Positions 12,868 to 26,800 of a DNA stretch of 64,000 nucleotides are shown piece by piece. The notes below the pieces were generated by a model, which did not search any database, was not told where the DNA came from, and was given only the letters and a program-made list of their open reading frames with translations. The position numbers and the translations under genes were made by a program. Origin of the DNA: Eledone cirrhosa (lineage: Eukaryota); the NCBI GenBank assembly GCA_964016885.1, contig OZ024744.1, positions 67,952,001-68,016,000 of the forward strand. The letters are read 5' to 3'. Position 1 is the first letter of the stretch, and each line of letters starts with the position of its first letter.

Positions 12868-14400
12868 ATAATAATAATAATGAAATTATTGTGTATAGTG
12901 CTCAAGTGCACTACAACTCATCAAAGGTGCATGTATAGTACATAGAATAATGTACAAATGTCAAGAAAATGAACAGTATACGAGTCATGAAATACATGTG
13001 TGCGTGTGTGTATATGGAGTGGAGATATTAGGTATAGTGTTGGCGAATCTCAGGAAGCATGGAGGTTTTAAAGGATGCAGTGTCTCGACAGCTAATAACT
13101 GATGCAGGTAGTTTGTTCCATGCTTCAGCAGCTCTGAACGTATGTTAGACACATGGAAATCAAAAAGGTGCTAAGGGTTGTTGTTGGAAAGATGGTTAAT
13201 AATTTTGTGCGTGTTTACCAAGTCAGTTGCCAGACGTCGGAGCTTCAATGTATCCATGCCCAGGGAAGCAAGGCGTTCAGAGTATGGTAGATGCCTGATG
13301 GAGGGTATTCGCTTGGTTGCACATCCCTGAACAATTTCCAGGCAGTCAATGTTCTGAGCAAGATAGGGGTTCCAGGCTGGTGATGCAAATTCTAAGTGTG
13401 GCCACACCATAGCTATATACAGCTTTAAATATATAGCTGGAGAGCGACTGACAAAGGTATTGCTGGGTGATGCTAAGACACCCTCGGCCTTCTTGACAAT
13501 TTTAGAGACATGCTTCATCCATGCAAATCACTGCTGACAGTAATGCCCAGGTCACGCTCACAAGAAGACTTCTTGATATTAGTGTTGTGGAGGGAGTATG
13601 TGGACACTGGGTTTTTACTCCCAGAATGCATGGTGGTACACTTGTCCACAGCCAACTTGAGTTGCCAGTCCATGATCCATTGTTGCATTGTGTCAAGGTC
13701 AGATTGCAGGAAACATCTATAGTGTTCAGGGTCTGTCCTTTTTATCTCAAGGTAAAGCTTGATGTCATCTGCATATTTCACTACTGTGGCATTCTTTAAG
13801 TTGGCATCTATGTCATTAATATATGCAACAAACTAAAGGAGTTCAAGAACAGATCCCTGTGGTACACCAGATGACATCTCATATGGTGAGGAATGCTGTC
13901 CTAGAACCATGACTAACTCTCTTCTACTGAGAATGAAGGACTTCAACCAGTTAAAAAGATCATCCTTCACACCCATTGCAGAGAGTTTTGCCATAAGTCT
14001 TTTGTGTGGCACAGAATTGAAAGCTTTAGCAAAGTCAAGGTAAACAACATCCACTCATGAGCCGCCATCAGTGATCCGGGTGATGGCTTCAAGAAACTTG
14101 ATAAATTGATCACAGCAGCTGGAGTTAGGGATAAATCCAAATTGAGAGGGCCGGATAAGACTGTGAGAGTTCCAGAAGTTCCAAAGTGTTTCTCTGACAT
14201 AGGATTCAGTTTGGGAATGCAGCTAGTAAGACTGACTGGATGATAGTTCACAGGTGATGTGCAGTCACCCGTTTTGAACAGAGGAATGACACTGGCAGTT
14301 TTCCACTGCTCTGGAGTAGCACCATTGTTCAGGCAGAATTGGAAGAAGCGGGATAGCTGGTGCAGAAGGAAGTACCCACCACATTTGAGAAGCAGGTACG
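12868..14400 (-). mobile_element. CR1/L2-group LINE, 5'-truncated, broken RT
   Basis: VVYLDFAKAFNSVPHKRL, SGVPQGSVL, YADDIKL and ERDLGI motifs. (ATT)n tail. Confidence 0.9.
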
Positions 14401-14464
14401 TAAAACCATGATGAAGAATATATATATTATAAACGTTTATATTCTTTCTTTTATTTCTCAATAG

Positions 14465-14584
14465 GTTCAAATGATTGAAAATGAAGTCTCCATTCTTAGA
14501 AAAGCAAAACATCCAAACATCATCCGTCTCATTGAAGAATTTGATTCACCAGACCAACTATTTCTTGTCATGGAATTGGTAAAA
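14465..14584 (+). CDS. DCLK: DCLK kinase exon, subdomains III-V ([40 protein letters not shown])
   Basis: [14 protein letters not shown] and LFLVMELVK motifs. tag/gtaagt splice sites, 120 nt, phase 0. Confidence 0.97.
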
Positions 14585-17390
14585 GTAAGTAAATTATTTC
14601 TAAATTTGCAAGAATGTAATTGGAGTGTTTAAATTTCGAATAGGCTATGTAGCCGGTAAACCCTAAAGGGATGCAACACACATCGCTATTGCGTTTCACC
14701 ATCCACTTCATTCTGTTGTCTGTATAATCTGTTTAAGCATTTACATGTAGAGTAGATGTGTGTGTGGGTGTGTGTGTGTGTGCGTGTGTGTGGGTTTGTA
14801 CTTCTGTTGTCTGTATCTGTTTCTGTATTTACATGTAGATGTGTGTATGTGTATGTGTGTGTGTGTGGGGGGGGGGTTGCACTGTATCTGTTTATGTATT
14901 TATGTGTATGTGTGTATGTGTGTGTGTGTATGTATGGGTTTGCACTTCTGTTGTCTGTATCTGTTTATGTATTTACATGTAGATGTGGGTGTTTGTGTAT
15001 GTGTGTGTATATATGTGTGGGTTTGCAATTCTGTTGTCTGTATCTGTTTATGTATTTACATGTAGATATGTGTGTATGTAACTAAAGCGTAACATACGTT
15101 ATGAATGGATTACTAAATGATTTTAACTTGTTTTTTTTAACAATTGATGGTGGAAAATATTCCAAGTTGTCTTAACAATTATCTTAACTTGGGCTGTAAC
15201 TCTTGGTGTCTGACACTCTTACCGGCTACATAGCCTCTTCCTTTAAATTTCATAACTTTTTTTTTCTATTCAAATCCAACCATTTCTGCCAGGAATTGTG
15301 TCTGACTAGTATTATCTGCAATGGAAGACCAATAGAAACATTGTCTCTTTGGTCCAATCTGACAATTGATTCCTTTCATAAACATTTTTTTTTTTTTGGC
15401 AGAATCAGTAGAGCGTCAGACACCATACTTCACAGCATAGAGTTACAGCCCTTTACATTCTGAGTTCAAATCCTGCCAAAGTTAGCTTTGCCTTTCATCC
15501 TTACAGGGTTGATAAAATAAAGTACCAGTAATGAACTGGGGTAATTGTGTATGTGCATATGCATACATTTATATGTATGAGTATATAAATATAAATGCGC
15601 AAACACAGACACACTTACAAAAATACACACTCACAGACATACATTCACACAAATACATATACATTCACATAAACGCTCACACACATACATTAATACAAAC
15701 ACTCACACACAGCGTAGCAAATGGAACACCAGCCGCTGTTTTGCTATTGTTTTTTCACCATCCCCTTCCTTCCTTTTACACACCCATACATTCACACACA
15801 GATACACACACATTGTGTGACAGACAGATGGAAGTCACTCAAATTTATATATAGATAGACACATGGCCAGCAATTTGCAATTTGTGGGGAGAAGAAAGTC
15901 GTTTGTCTCAACCACAGTACTTTACTGGTAATTTATTTTTATCGACCTCAAAAGGATGAAAAATAAAGTTGACTTTGGTGGGATTTGAACTCAGAATGTA
16001 AAGAGCCAGTACAAATATTGTTAAGCACTACAAACCTACAAACTATCAGCCTACAAACAGTAATACACTGCAATCAAGATACACAAGATCAAAAGGGATT
16101 GAAATCCCCAAGCCACCATCAGTGTGTGATACTGGAGATCAGCATGAGTAATGATATGTTGTTCTTTGCATATATTACTAAGATGGTTACAAGGTGCTGA
16201 TGACTGGCCAGATGTATTCTGAGATCATTCAGAATGAGAAGAAACCATGAAACTACATTGATCCTGTGGAGAACATCTGTTCTCAGCCGTCTGGACTATT
16301 ACTTTTAATTATGATCACCACATAACGTTAAATTACCTGAGGAACTTGAAACAATCCTATTATGTTTCACTGATAAGATTGCCTCACTGAAATTGGTGAA
16401 CTACAGGGAGACACTAAAAAAAGACTCAAAGACTCTACTCCTTGAACTGAAGATTGGAAAGATATGCTATAAAAATATATATATCTTGTTGAGTTAACTA
16501 CCACCGTATGCTGAAACACTCCACGGTATAGAATACTCTAAACCTGAACTACGGAAACCCAAAACGATATCTTGTTTACTTTTATATATATATATCATCA
16601 TCATCCTTTTACGTCCTCTTTTCCCTGCTTGCAAGGGTGGGACGGAAACTGATTCTGGCTTGATATCTACAGCTGGATGCCCTTCCTAACACCAACCTCA
16701 TTTACAATGAGTGCTGGGTGATTTTTTTCCGTGGCGCCTACACGACCACTTTACAGTGTGGGCTGGGTGCTTTTTTGCTGTGGCACCTCCACGACCACTT
16801 TGCAGTGAAATGATAGGGACCCCAATCCCTATCATTTCATTTCTACAGCTGAGTAAACTGGAGCAATGTGAATTGAACTCACAACCTTTCGGTTGCAAGG
16901 CCAATGCGCTAACCACTAAGCCATGTATATTTATATATATGGAAAATTCTGAATGGGTTAGTACGAAACGTTGTCATTGAGAACTACTTCAATCTCTGAA
17001 CTGGCCACCACTGTATAGTACCAAAGCTCCACTTCTCCATATAGAATAAGGGTCAGATACTGCAAGAGCTTAATGTTCAAAGGTCCACAGCTGATCAATA
17101 TCCTGCCAAAAACGAGAACTACATGAAGTAATAGGTGTAAATGTTTTCAAGAAGCACTTGAATATTCTAATATATGAGATTCCAGATGATTCTATATCAC
17201 AGTGAGAAGCACAAATGAGGGCAGCAGTATCAAATTCCTTAATTTAGCAAAAGCTAACCAAGGATTTATGTTAAATTTAGCTAACATGCATTCAATTCAT
17301 ATATATATATATATATCCAGCTGTCCATCTATCTATCCATCTATATATCTATCTACACATTTGTGTGGATGTGAGTATATACATATACAT

Positions 17391-17466
<76 letters not shown>

Positions 17467-17834
17467 ATATATATTTTCAGATAAAGAATCTTGTTAAACA
17501 AATTCAGAAACAATATATGCATATATATATATATATATGTATGTATATTGGGAAATGGGGGGTAAGGCTGACAGCTCCACTTTCCGCCATGGCGATTGGA
17601 CTGCATGCCCTGCTTTCCAGGTTACCCTTCGCCTCTGATATGTGTATATATATATATATATATACTTCATTTTCGTATTTGTTTAGCAAGATATTTTATA
17701 CATATATATTTATAGGTTTATATTTATATTCTAAGTTTACTACTACATTTGTTGATGACCACCACTGGACATGTACTAGTCATGGGAGGCTAACACCTGC
17801 TGAGGAAGCATTCCGAGCTAAATTACATAAATTG

Positions 17835-18152
17835 ATTTCCATGTGTCTAACACACGTGGACATGCCCACAGGGTGAGAAAACAGCACAGTTCCCATGACT
17901 TTCGGAAACATTTTTTCACGCTCAGAGTTGCTGAAGCATGGAACAAACTACCTGCATCAGTTGTTAGCTGTCAAGACACTGCATCCTTTAAGGCCTCCAT
18001 GCTTCCCGAGATCCGCCAACACTACAGCTAACACATACACACATGTACTTCCCTGACATTTGTGTATTATTCTATGTACTATATTGACGAGTTGTAGTGC
18101 ACCTGAGCACTTTACACAATAATTTTATTATTATTATTATTATTATTATTAT
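17835..18152 (+). mobile_element. CR1-group LINE 3' end
   Basis: SNTRGH...RKHFFTLRVAEAWNKLP plus (ATT)n tail. Confidence 0.85.
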
Positions 18153-18500
18153 AATCTCTGCTGATATTACCTAACTTCTGTGAACAGTGGTTCCAGTTGG
18201 ACCTATTGTTGTCAGGTCGCAATACGGTAAGCATGCATGGTCCGGGTACACTTGATACATTAATATCATAACCACACCAAGTCCTTTGTCTCACTGATTA
18301 ATGTATGTCTGCACTCTGAGTAATGGCTTTGTATTTTTAATAATAGAAACCTAATTATATCATTGATTGAATAAGAAAACGACCGAAGCTGTACTGATTC
18401 TCTTCAACTGGCTTCATAAACCTTCTTCTTCTCCTCCTCCTCCTCCTTCTTCTTCTTCTTCTTCTTCTTTGAAATTTTTATATATATATATATATATATA

Positions 18501-18603
18501 CAGTGCCCCCAAAAATGTATACACAACACATTTTCATTACCTATACAGGCAAAATTTATTAGAATGTTTTTAAGTGTGTATACATTTTTGGGGGACACCC
18601 TTT
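18501..18603. mobile_element. Tc1/mariner-like mini-MITE (related copy ~37072-37146)
   Basis: cccccaaaaatgtatacac / gtgtatacatttttggggg inverted ends in a TA context. Confidence 0.6.
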
Positions 18604-18739
18604 ATATATGAGACAACAGAAAAAACAGAAAGTACTAATATATATATTTCTCTCCCTCAATACATACAAACACATAGCACACATGCATACACACATTCAC
18701 ATATATGCACGCACATAGCATACATGCATACACATATTC

Positions 18740-18770
<31 letters not shown>

Positions 18771-18929
18771 TACGCATACACGCATACACTACAAACATAG
18801 AAATATCTCTCTTCTATATAAATAATATTTGATTACTTACGCAGTCTTTGGACAAGACAAAAATAACAAAATGGTCGACAGCATCCTTCCTTTACCAATA
18901 TAGCCCTCTTGGCAATAATTACTTTTCTG

Positions 18930-19975
18930 ATGTTGGTGGTGATGGTGGTGGTGGTAGGTGGTAGTGGTGGTGGTGGTGGTGATGGTGGTGGTGGTGGTGA
19001 TGAAAGTTGTGTTTGTGGGAGAGGTGGTATAGAGGTGGTGGTGGTGATGGTGGTGGTGGTAGTGGTGGTGATGAAAGTTGTGTTTGTGGGAGAGGTGGTG
19101 GTGGTGGTGGTGGTGGTGGTAGTGGTGGTGATGAAAGTTGTGTTTGTGGGAGAGGTGGTATAGAGGTGGTGGTGGTGGTGGTGGTGGTGGTAGTGGTGGT
19201 GATGAAAGTTGTGTTTGTGGGAGAGGTGGTATAGAGGTGGTGGTGGCAGTGGTGGTGATGGTGGTGATAAAAGTTGAGTTTGTGGGAGAGGTGGTGGTCG
19301 TGGTGGTGGTGGCAGTGGTGGTGATGGTGGTGATGAAAGTTGTGTTTGTGGGAGAGGTGGTGGTCGTGGTGGTGGTGATGAAAGTTGTGTTTGTGGGAGA
19401 GGTGGTGGTCGTGGTGGTGGTGATGAAAGTTGTGTTTGTGGGAGAGGTGGTATAGAGGTGGTGGTGGTGGTGGTGGTGGTGGTGGTGGTGGTGATGGTGG
19501 TGATGAAAGTTGTGTTGGTGGGAGAGGTGGTATAGAGGTGGTGGTGGTGGTGGTGGTAGTGATGAAAGGTATGTTGGTGGGAGAGGTGGTTGAGAGGTGG
19601 TTGTGGTGGTGGTGGTGGTAGTAGTGGTTGTTGCTGTTGTGCTGGTGCTGGTGCTGGTCGTTGTCGTTGTCGTGGTTGTACTGGTGATCATGGTCATGAT
19701 GGTAGTGGTTGTGGTGGTGGTGGTTGTGGTAGCGGTGGTGGTTGTTGTGGTTGTGGTTGTGGTTGTGGTGGTAATCATAGTTGTGATGGTAGGGGTTGTG
19801 GTGGTGGTGGTGGTGGTGGTGGTGGAAGATAATGATGATGATGGTGATAGGAATGATGACAATGACGATAGTAGTGGTTGTGGTAGTGGTGGTGGTGGTG
19901 GTGTTTGTGGTGGTAGTGGTGATGATAGTGATGGTGGCATTGGAAGATAATGGTGATGACAACGATGATGATGAT
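18930..19975. repeat. (GGT)n-rich compound minisatellite (recurring gatgaaagttgtgtttgtgggagaggtggt)
   Basis: Direct reading. Confidence 0.95.
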
Positions 19976-21157
19976 AATACAGTACTCTAATCAAGAGCTG
20001 TTGCAGGTCTTCAATATAGAAATTGATGTTCACCGGCTACTGTCCACCACTTTCCCCAAAATGGATATGTCACTGAAGACCCAGACATGTATGTATAGAC
20101 CCGTAACTCCTGAGTGAATTATAGGGGTGTCATACTGACATATGTCATTTCTTAGGGCGTTTTTTAAACCTAGCCTACAGCTGAAGAGTTTTGCCAACTC
20201 TTTGTTTGGTGGGCTTTCCCTGACTAACTGTCTTTCCTATAACCAACCACTTTACAGAGTGAACTCTGTGTGTTTATTGTGTAGATCACCAGAACTATGG
20301 TAGTTGATATGTCTATGTCACAACTGTAGAGACCTCTTGACCTTTTGTTTGGCAAGTCTTCTATAGCAGAATGCCCTTCCTATCACTAACCTCTCTACAG
20401 AGTGTACTAGTTTCTTGTTAAAACTAACAGAGTATGTCCAAATTTTTCCCTTCAGTATGATACCACCTCTAATTTATAATTCCTTTTTCCCTACCCATGC
20501 TAGCATGGAATATGGATGTTAAACGATGATGGTGATGATGATGATGATGGTGATGATGAGGATGATGAATTCCCATTTAATTAGTTTGGTAATTTAGTCA
20601 ATTTAACTCTTTAACATTTAAACAGGCCATATCCGACTAGAATTCTCTCACCAGTTTCTGTTCAAACAGACCATAATTGGCCACTCATACAGTTTTTTAA
20701 GGTATTGTTCTCAAATAAATAACATCAAAATCTCATAGATTTGATATTATGTGAGGTAAAGCCTTAACTGTGAAAATACAACAGTATATATAGAGTAATG
20801 TAAATGTTAAAGGCTTAAGTGTTTCTTACCTATAATGAATAATTGTTTCTACTTTTGGCACAAGGCCAGCAATACCCAGTGCATTACTGGTACTTTATTT
20901 TATCAACCCCGTAAGGATGAAAGGCAAAGTTAACCTCGGCGGGATTACCTATAATGAATAATGTGCTCATTCTTGTCCCATTCTTGTCTAAAGTTTGTAT
21001 GTTCCTCATCTTTTTATTTACATATGATTGTTAATGATTGTACCTTTGAGTAAATGATTTAATGACTCCTCTTAAGTTCTATCATACCTGAGACTCTTTA
21101 TATGTGGCTTCATATGCCAGATATGTTCTATTGTTTTGTTTTGTTTTAACTGAAACT

Positions 21158-21795
21158 GGTGTCTCTGGACTTAAACTATATGTTCAGTCCAGATGTTGGG
21201 GGCACTGGACATAAGATATATGTTCAGTCCAGATGTTTGGGGCTCTAGACTTAACATATATGTTCAGTCCAGATGTTGGGGGCTCTGGACTAAACATATA
21301 TGTTCAGTCCAGATGCTGGTGGCTCTAGACTTAACATATATGTTCAGTCCAGATGTTGGGGGCTCTGGATGAAATATGTTGAGTCCAGATATTGGCGTCT
21401 CTGGACTTAACATATATGTTTAGTCCAGATGTTGGGGGCTCTGGACTTAACATGTATGTTCAGTCCAGATGCTGGTGGCTCTAGACTTAACATATATGTT
21501 CAGTCCAGATGTTGGGGGCTCTGGAATGAAATATGTTGAGTCCAGATGTTGGCGTCTCTGGACTTAAAATATATGTTTAGTCCAGATGTTGGGGGTTCTA
21601 GACTTAACCTATATGTTCAATCCAGATGCTGTGTCTCTGGACTTAACCTATATGTTCAGTCCAGATGTTGTGTCTCTGGACTTAACCTATATGTTCAGTC
21701 CAGATGTTGTGTCTCTGGACTTAACCTATATGTTCAGTCCAGATGTTGTGTCTCTGGACTTAACCTATATGTTCAGTCCAGATGTTGTGTCTCTG
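21158..21795. repeat. 39-bp minisatellite, ~16 units
   Basis: Unit tatgttcagtccagatgttg(gggg/tgt)ctctggacttaac(a/c)ta. Ends ~145 bp before the exon acceptor at 21941. Confidence 0.95.
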
Positions 21796-21941
21796 TTGGT
21801 AGTATTGTCACTGATACTCTTTCCACAATCTTCAGTTGTATAATTTTTTCTTGTTTGTTGATTTTTGTTTTGTTTTTGTTATTGATGGTTTTATTGTTAT
21901 TGTTGTTACTCATCAAATTTCTATTATTATTTTATTTACAG

Positions 21942-22088
21942 GGAGGAGATCTGTTTGAACTAATTACTACAGCAACAAAATACACTGAGAGAACAGCCAG
22001 CAGAATGACACACAATCTTCTCAGTGCACTAGCTTACCTGCATGCAGCTGGAATTGTCCACAGAGATGTGAAGCCTGAGAATCTTTTG
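21942..22088 (+). CDS. DCLK: DCLK kinase exon, catalytic loop ([49 protein letters not shown])
   Basis: GGDLF, KYTER and [10 protein letters not shown] motifs. cag/gtaaga splice sites. Confidence 0.97.
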
Positions 22089-23192
22089 GTAAGAAACACA
22101 CACACATATATATCATCGTCGTCATCATCATCGTTTAATGTCCATCTTCCATGCTAGCATGGGTTTAGATGGGAGTTGTCCTACTTGAAGCAAGAATGGT
22201 CAGGTGATGATGTCTCGCTCATGTAGGACTGTCTGGCAGGTTTTTTATGGCTGGATGCCCTTCCTAACACCAACCACGTTTACAGTGTGGAACTGGGAAT
22301 TTTTTACCGTGTTACCTACCCAGCCACATTACAGCGTGGACTGTGTGTTTTATTTGTCGTGACACCTACATGACCTCATTTATTTAGGACTGGATGTTGT
22401 GGTACCAACATAACTTAACAGAGAAAGGGTGGTGTTGGTGGGAGTGGGGTGGGTGGGTGGAGTAAGGGTAGTGGGATGGGGTATATATTTGGTTAGGAGG
22501 TGCCTACTGACTGTAGGTTTCACTTTGTACATAGGCAAAGCGGGTCTTCTGTATTTTTCACTTCTTTTTTTTTCTTATTCTTTCTTTCCTTCTTGTATTG
22601 TTGATGCATTTATTTTTCACAAATTCTTACTCTTCATATATTGACCCTTTTATTATCATATTTCTAATGAAAAAGACTGCTTATGATATGATTTCAAATA
22701 ATGTTTTAGATAATCAAAAATTTAGAAGGATTTAGTAATATAACTTTTTTATTATTAAGCTAGTGTGAGGTTGGTGAATTGGCAGTATCAGTTGAATATC
22801 AGACACCATGCTTTGTAGATCCCGCCGAGGTTAGCTTTACCTTTCATCCTTATGGTGTCGATAAATAAAGCACTAATAATGCACTGCGGTTGATTTAATC
22901 TACTTTCCTCTCCCTCAAAAACTGTTGGCCTTGTGTCTAAATTACAAACCATTATTAAGCTGGTGTTTGGAGCATAACTTATGAAGGTTCTTACATGAAA
23001 TTATGTAAGTTTTTATAGATAAATATAAACATTTTAAAATAAAAAAAACTTTATATCATAGAACTAAGGTAAGTTTCAGGCCATTTGCCAATGAAGTGTA
23101 AACCTATCTTATATTTCTATTTTTAGTCTGTTACAAATACATCTATTTCACACTCTATATCTTAAGATTCACAGTACTGTTAAAGAGAAATA

Positions 23193-23482
23193 ACACTGGT
23201 CAACAGAATAAAAAGCAAAATTTTGTTGACCAAAGTTTGAGACCTGTTCTTCAGTAATTTGGGGCCCCTGAGTTTAAAAATGAAAATACCTTTTTTCTAT
23301 GACATCAAGTTTTCACTTGGCCAATAAGAAGAGTATACAAAATATCAGAGTTTCCTGTGTTTATGGGATAGCTAAGCGAAAGACAAACATGAAAACCTGA
23401 TGTGTTAGGGAAAAATGGATGCCATATTTGAAATCGGAACAATTACAAAACTTAAGTCAGCAAAAAGTTTGTTGACCAGTGT
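23193..23482. mobile_element. TA-flanked MITE
   Basis: ta|acactggtcaaca ... tgttgaccagtgt|ta. Confidence 0.65.
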
Positions 23483-23687
23483 TATCAAGGTAACATAGAC
23501 CATGAGCTGAGTTGTAGAATGGGGAAATTATAGTGACATTTAACCAACTCAACAAAACCTAAGTCAGCAAAGAGTGTGTTGACTAGTGTAATTCATCTAT
23601 ACCATCTTGAATTTATTCTCCCTCACAAGAACGGAAATATAATGCTGTAATTAATTATTCTCTACCTTTTATTTTCTCTTTTCGTAG

Positions 23688-23821
23688 GTCTGTGAAATGA
23701 ATGATGGAACAAAAGAACTGAAACTTGGAGATTTCGGATTAGCAACTGATGCCAAACAACCATTGTTTGTGGTTTGTGGAACACCTACATATGTAGCCCC
23801 TGACATTCTCTCAGAAAAAGG
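23688..23821 (+). CDS. DCLK: DCLK kinase exon, activation segment ([45 protein letters not shown])
   Basis: [15 protein letters not shown] and CGTPTYVAP are DCLK-typical. tag/gtgagg splice sites. Confidence 0.97.
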
Positions 23822-26800
23822 GTGAGGTTTTATATTATACAGGTTCCAATAAATGAATTACAGATAGAAATTTCTGGCATCCTAGGCCCCCTCAAACCAC
23901 CTTTTTGCTGCTATTGGGATGGAGTTGGCTACCTGCAATGAATGAGCACTGCAAGCTGGAGTGGCTCTTTCAGCATATCTTCCTTGTTATTTTGCAGGGT
24001 GACACTTATTCAGTTTTGTCCGCTGTGACCATGAGGAAGCATATGTCTGATGTTCTGCTTATCAGAGAAGCAGAGTGGGGAGGAGGAAGTGTTGGGCATG
24101 ACAACTTTTCAACAGCTAGTTTATTAGCATTAGCCATTTGCACACATACACACATACATATATTTTTGCATACATGCACACATACATATATTTTTGCACA
24201 CATACACACATACATATATTTTTGCACACATACACACATACATATATTTTTGCATACATGCACACATACATATATTTTTGCCCACATATCAAAAAGTGTG
24301 ATTTAAAAGCAAGGATTAAATGTGCTAATGTCCAGAATTATTTCCAAGACCACAATAAGTAAGAAACAAAAGGACCAATTCTTAACTCTGGCTTTAACCA
24401 AATATAAGAAAAGTTCTTCTCAACATATGATATTACTCAATTGCAAGTAACATTTAAACCAGTTATTTTGGCTATCCCTGACAGCTGAATGATCTGAAGT
24501 GTGTATGTTGGTAGGGTCCTATAACAAGAGATCAGGAGTTTATATTTACTAGAATTTTTTCAATATGCTAACATAATAAGTATATTATTATAAACACGCA
24601 AACACAGACACACCAAAATTAGTCGCTCAAATTTATATATAGATTGTACACACAAATGTAGTGAATGTTAGACACTGTTTTCTGTAGTTTGTCATCACTC
24701 CTGTAGTTTATCAATCATCTTCTAGTGCGTGACGTCATCACCCCTTCCTTCCTCAGTCGTCTCTAGTGTGTGATGGACGGACGGAAGTTGCCCAAATTAT
24801 ATATTGATATTCCATCACTGTCTCCTTGTTGTATCACTGGGGCCTTTGTATACCTCATGAGACTATGGAACTGAACTAAGAAATTCCTCTCCAAGATGCA
24901 GACCTGCATAAGGATTTTTTAATTACTTATGTCAGATTTGTAGTTATCTATATATACAAGTCTCTACTCTCCGTGTCACTGAGTCATTCCAAGGGAAAGG
25001 TAAAGGGTAATAATACAGATATGCTCCACTGTGGTTGCAGGTATTACCACCATAATGCAAAGATCCAGAATAAATACTTGAAGGTGTCCTATCCAATGCT
25101 CTGCCCTGGATTGGCACTATTTTTTGTTTAAAAAGGATAAAGATCCCATAACTCCTCATGGAGTCATAGAAGCACCATCAAATGGCGTGTCTAGGGCACA
25201 TTTAAACCTGACAGAGCTCAATCCTCTCATGTCTGAACACAGTTGATTCTTTCTTTAGAGGAAGAATTGACTCCACTCCTGGACTGGTCCTTTTTTTATC
25301 GACCTCGTGAGGCTGAAAGGCAAAATTGACCCCAGCGGGATTTAAACTCTGAGTATGCAATGAGGTGGGACGAATACCGTAAAGCATTCTATCCAATGTC
25401 TTAATGACTCTGCCAATTCGCCGCCTTTGTTTACTGATACTGAAAGGTGGAAAGGTATAGTTTACCTTAGCAAAATTTGAATTCGGAGCACAGAGAGCCA
25501 GAATAATTACTTCAAGGCTATAGTAATTCACCACCTTATGGTCAAAGCACTTAATTCTGAAATATCTCAGTCCACCTGACTGTAAATAAGTACCATTGCA
25601 AGATAGGAACAGCTTTCCATTCTAATGATTGAAAACATTATTAAACTGACGAATGTCTCATTAACATCTTTATAAAGTGATAGATACCCACACCAATGTG
25701 ATTTTCTCTTTAACCCTCATAGTCTTCCCTATAACCCCTACCTATCCTACAGTAGTTCCTCAATCAACACCGTTCTTTTGATGGTGCCACTCATTCAGCA
25801 AGGTTTACAGAACTCTCTCATGATGATGATATTAGCTGATGTATTCTAGATTTAAATGTATTGACCAGAATCATGGTGATTATGAACAAGCAATAGGTTA
25901 CAGAAGCAAAAATGGCTAATTCATTAGTGTGTAAGACAAAATGCTATGCAATATTTGTTCTGGCTCTCTGCACCCTTGGTTTAAATTCTACCGAGATTAT
26001 TCTTACCTCATTCTGGGAGTCAGTAATATAAAGCACCAGTCCAGGGTAGCTGATAAGCATAATTGTTAGAGTGTCATACAATATGTCATGCAGTATTTCA
26101 TCTGGTCTCTGCTTTCTGAATATTTAGGTGTACTTAATTCATCGCACAGCTTAACACCACCATCTGGAACTTGAGTACCTTTAGGGGATTCCATTTTGTT
26201 GCAAACTTTTGAGCTAGATCTCTAGTTTAAAGATAATTTTCTTGCTTTCTTCCCTAGTCATAAGGATCAATAACTAACTGTAAGGTTGCACCTAGAAAGT
26301 TAATCTCCAGGACGCAAGCCTGGCCACTGGGTTTTATGGAAGACCAGCTGTTATCTATGCATGCTAGTCTTCTCTTTCCTTGCTTCCAATGTTGTTCAAG
26401 GGAAAGGCAAAGGTGGATAAAGTGTTTTACTTGAAGTAAACAATATATAGCCCAGCCCTGAAATCGAAATTACAACCTTACAATCGTGAGCCACAAACCC
26501 TAACTTCGAAGCCTTGTCTTTTCACATTACTCATGAAGCTCCTAGAAATATGAAGGATCATGGGTGTTGCTCTTTCCCATCTCTGACTAAATAATAAAAA
26601 AAAAAATTGGGGATTAACAAAATCTTAACACTGCAAGTCATTTTGTCTGGCACACTACCTCTCTTGTGACGCTAAACTCCGCCAGTTGCAGACTACGCAT
26701 CAACGTGACATATTTTTCTCCACAAAGTTCGATCACCAGCAGCAGAGTTTAAAGAGCAAAGATCAAGTCCAATCCATAAGTTGACATTATCACGCTACCT

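Noticed and set aside
18837-20033. Mucin-like or His-rich ORFs
   Set aside because: (GGT)n repeats are open in most frames on both strands, and lie in an intron.
20066-20142. Possible hammerhead (tatgtca CTGAAGA ccc...ggg...tgacata)
   Set aside because: 7-bp stem I and CUGAAGA are present, but there is no GAAA or stem III. At best a deleted relic.
21546-22157. 203-aa ORF as a complete gene
   Set aside because: Only 21942-22088 is exon. The rest is minisatellite and intron read-through.
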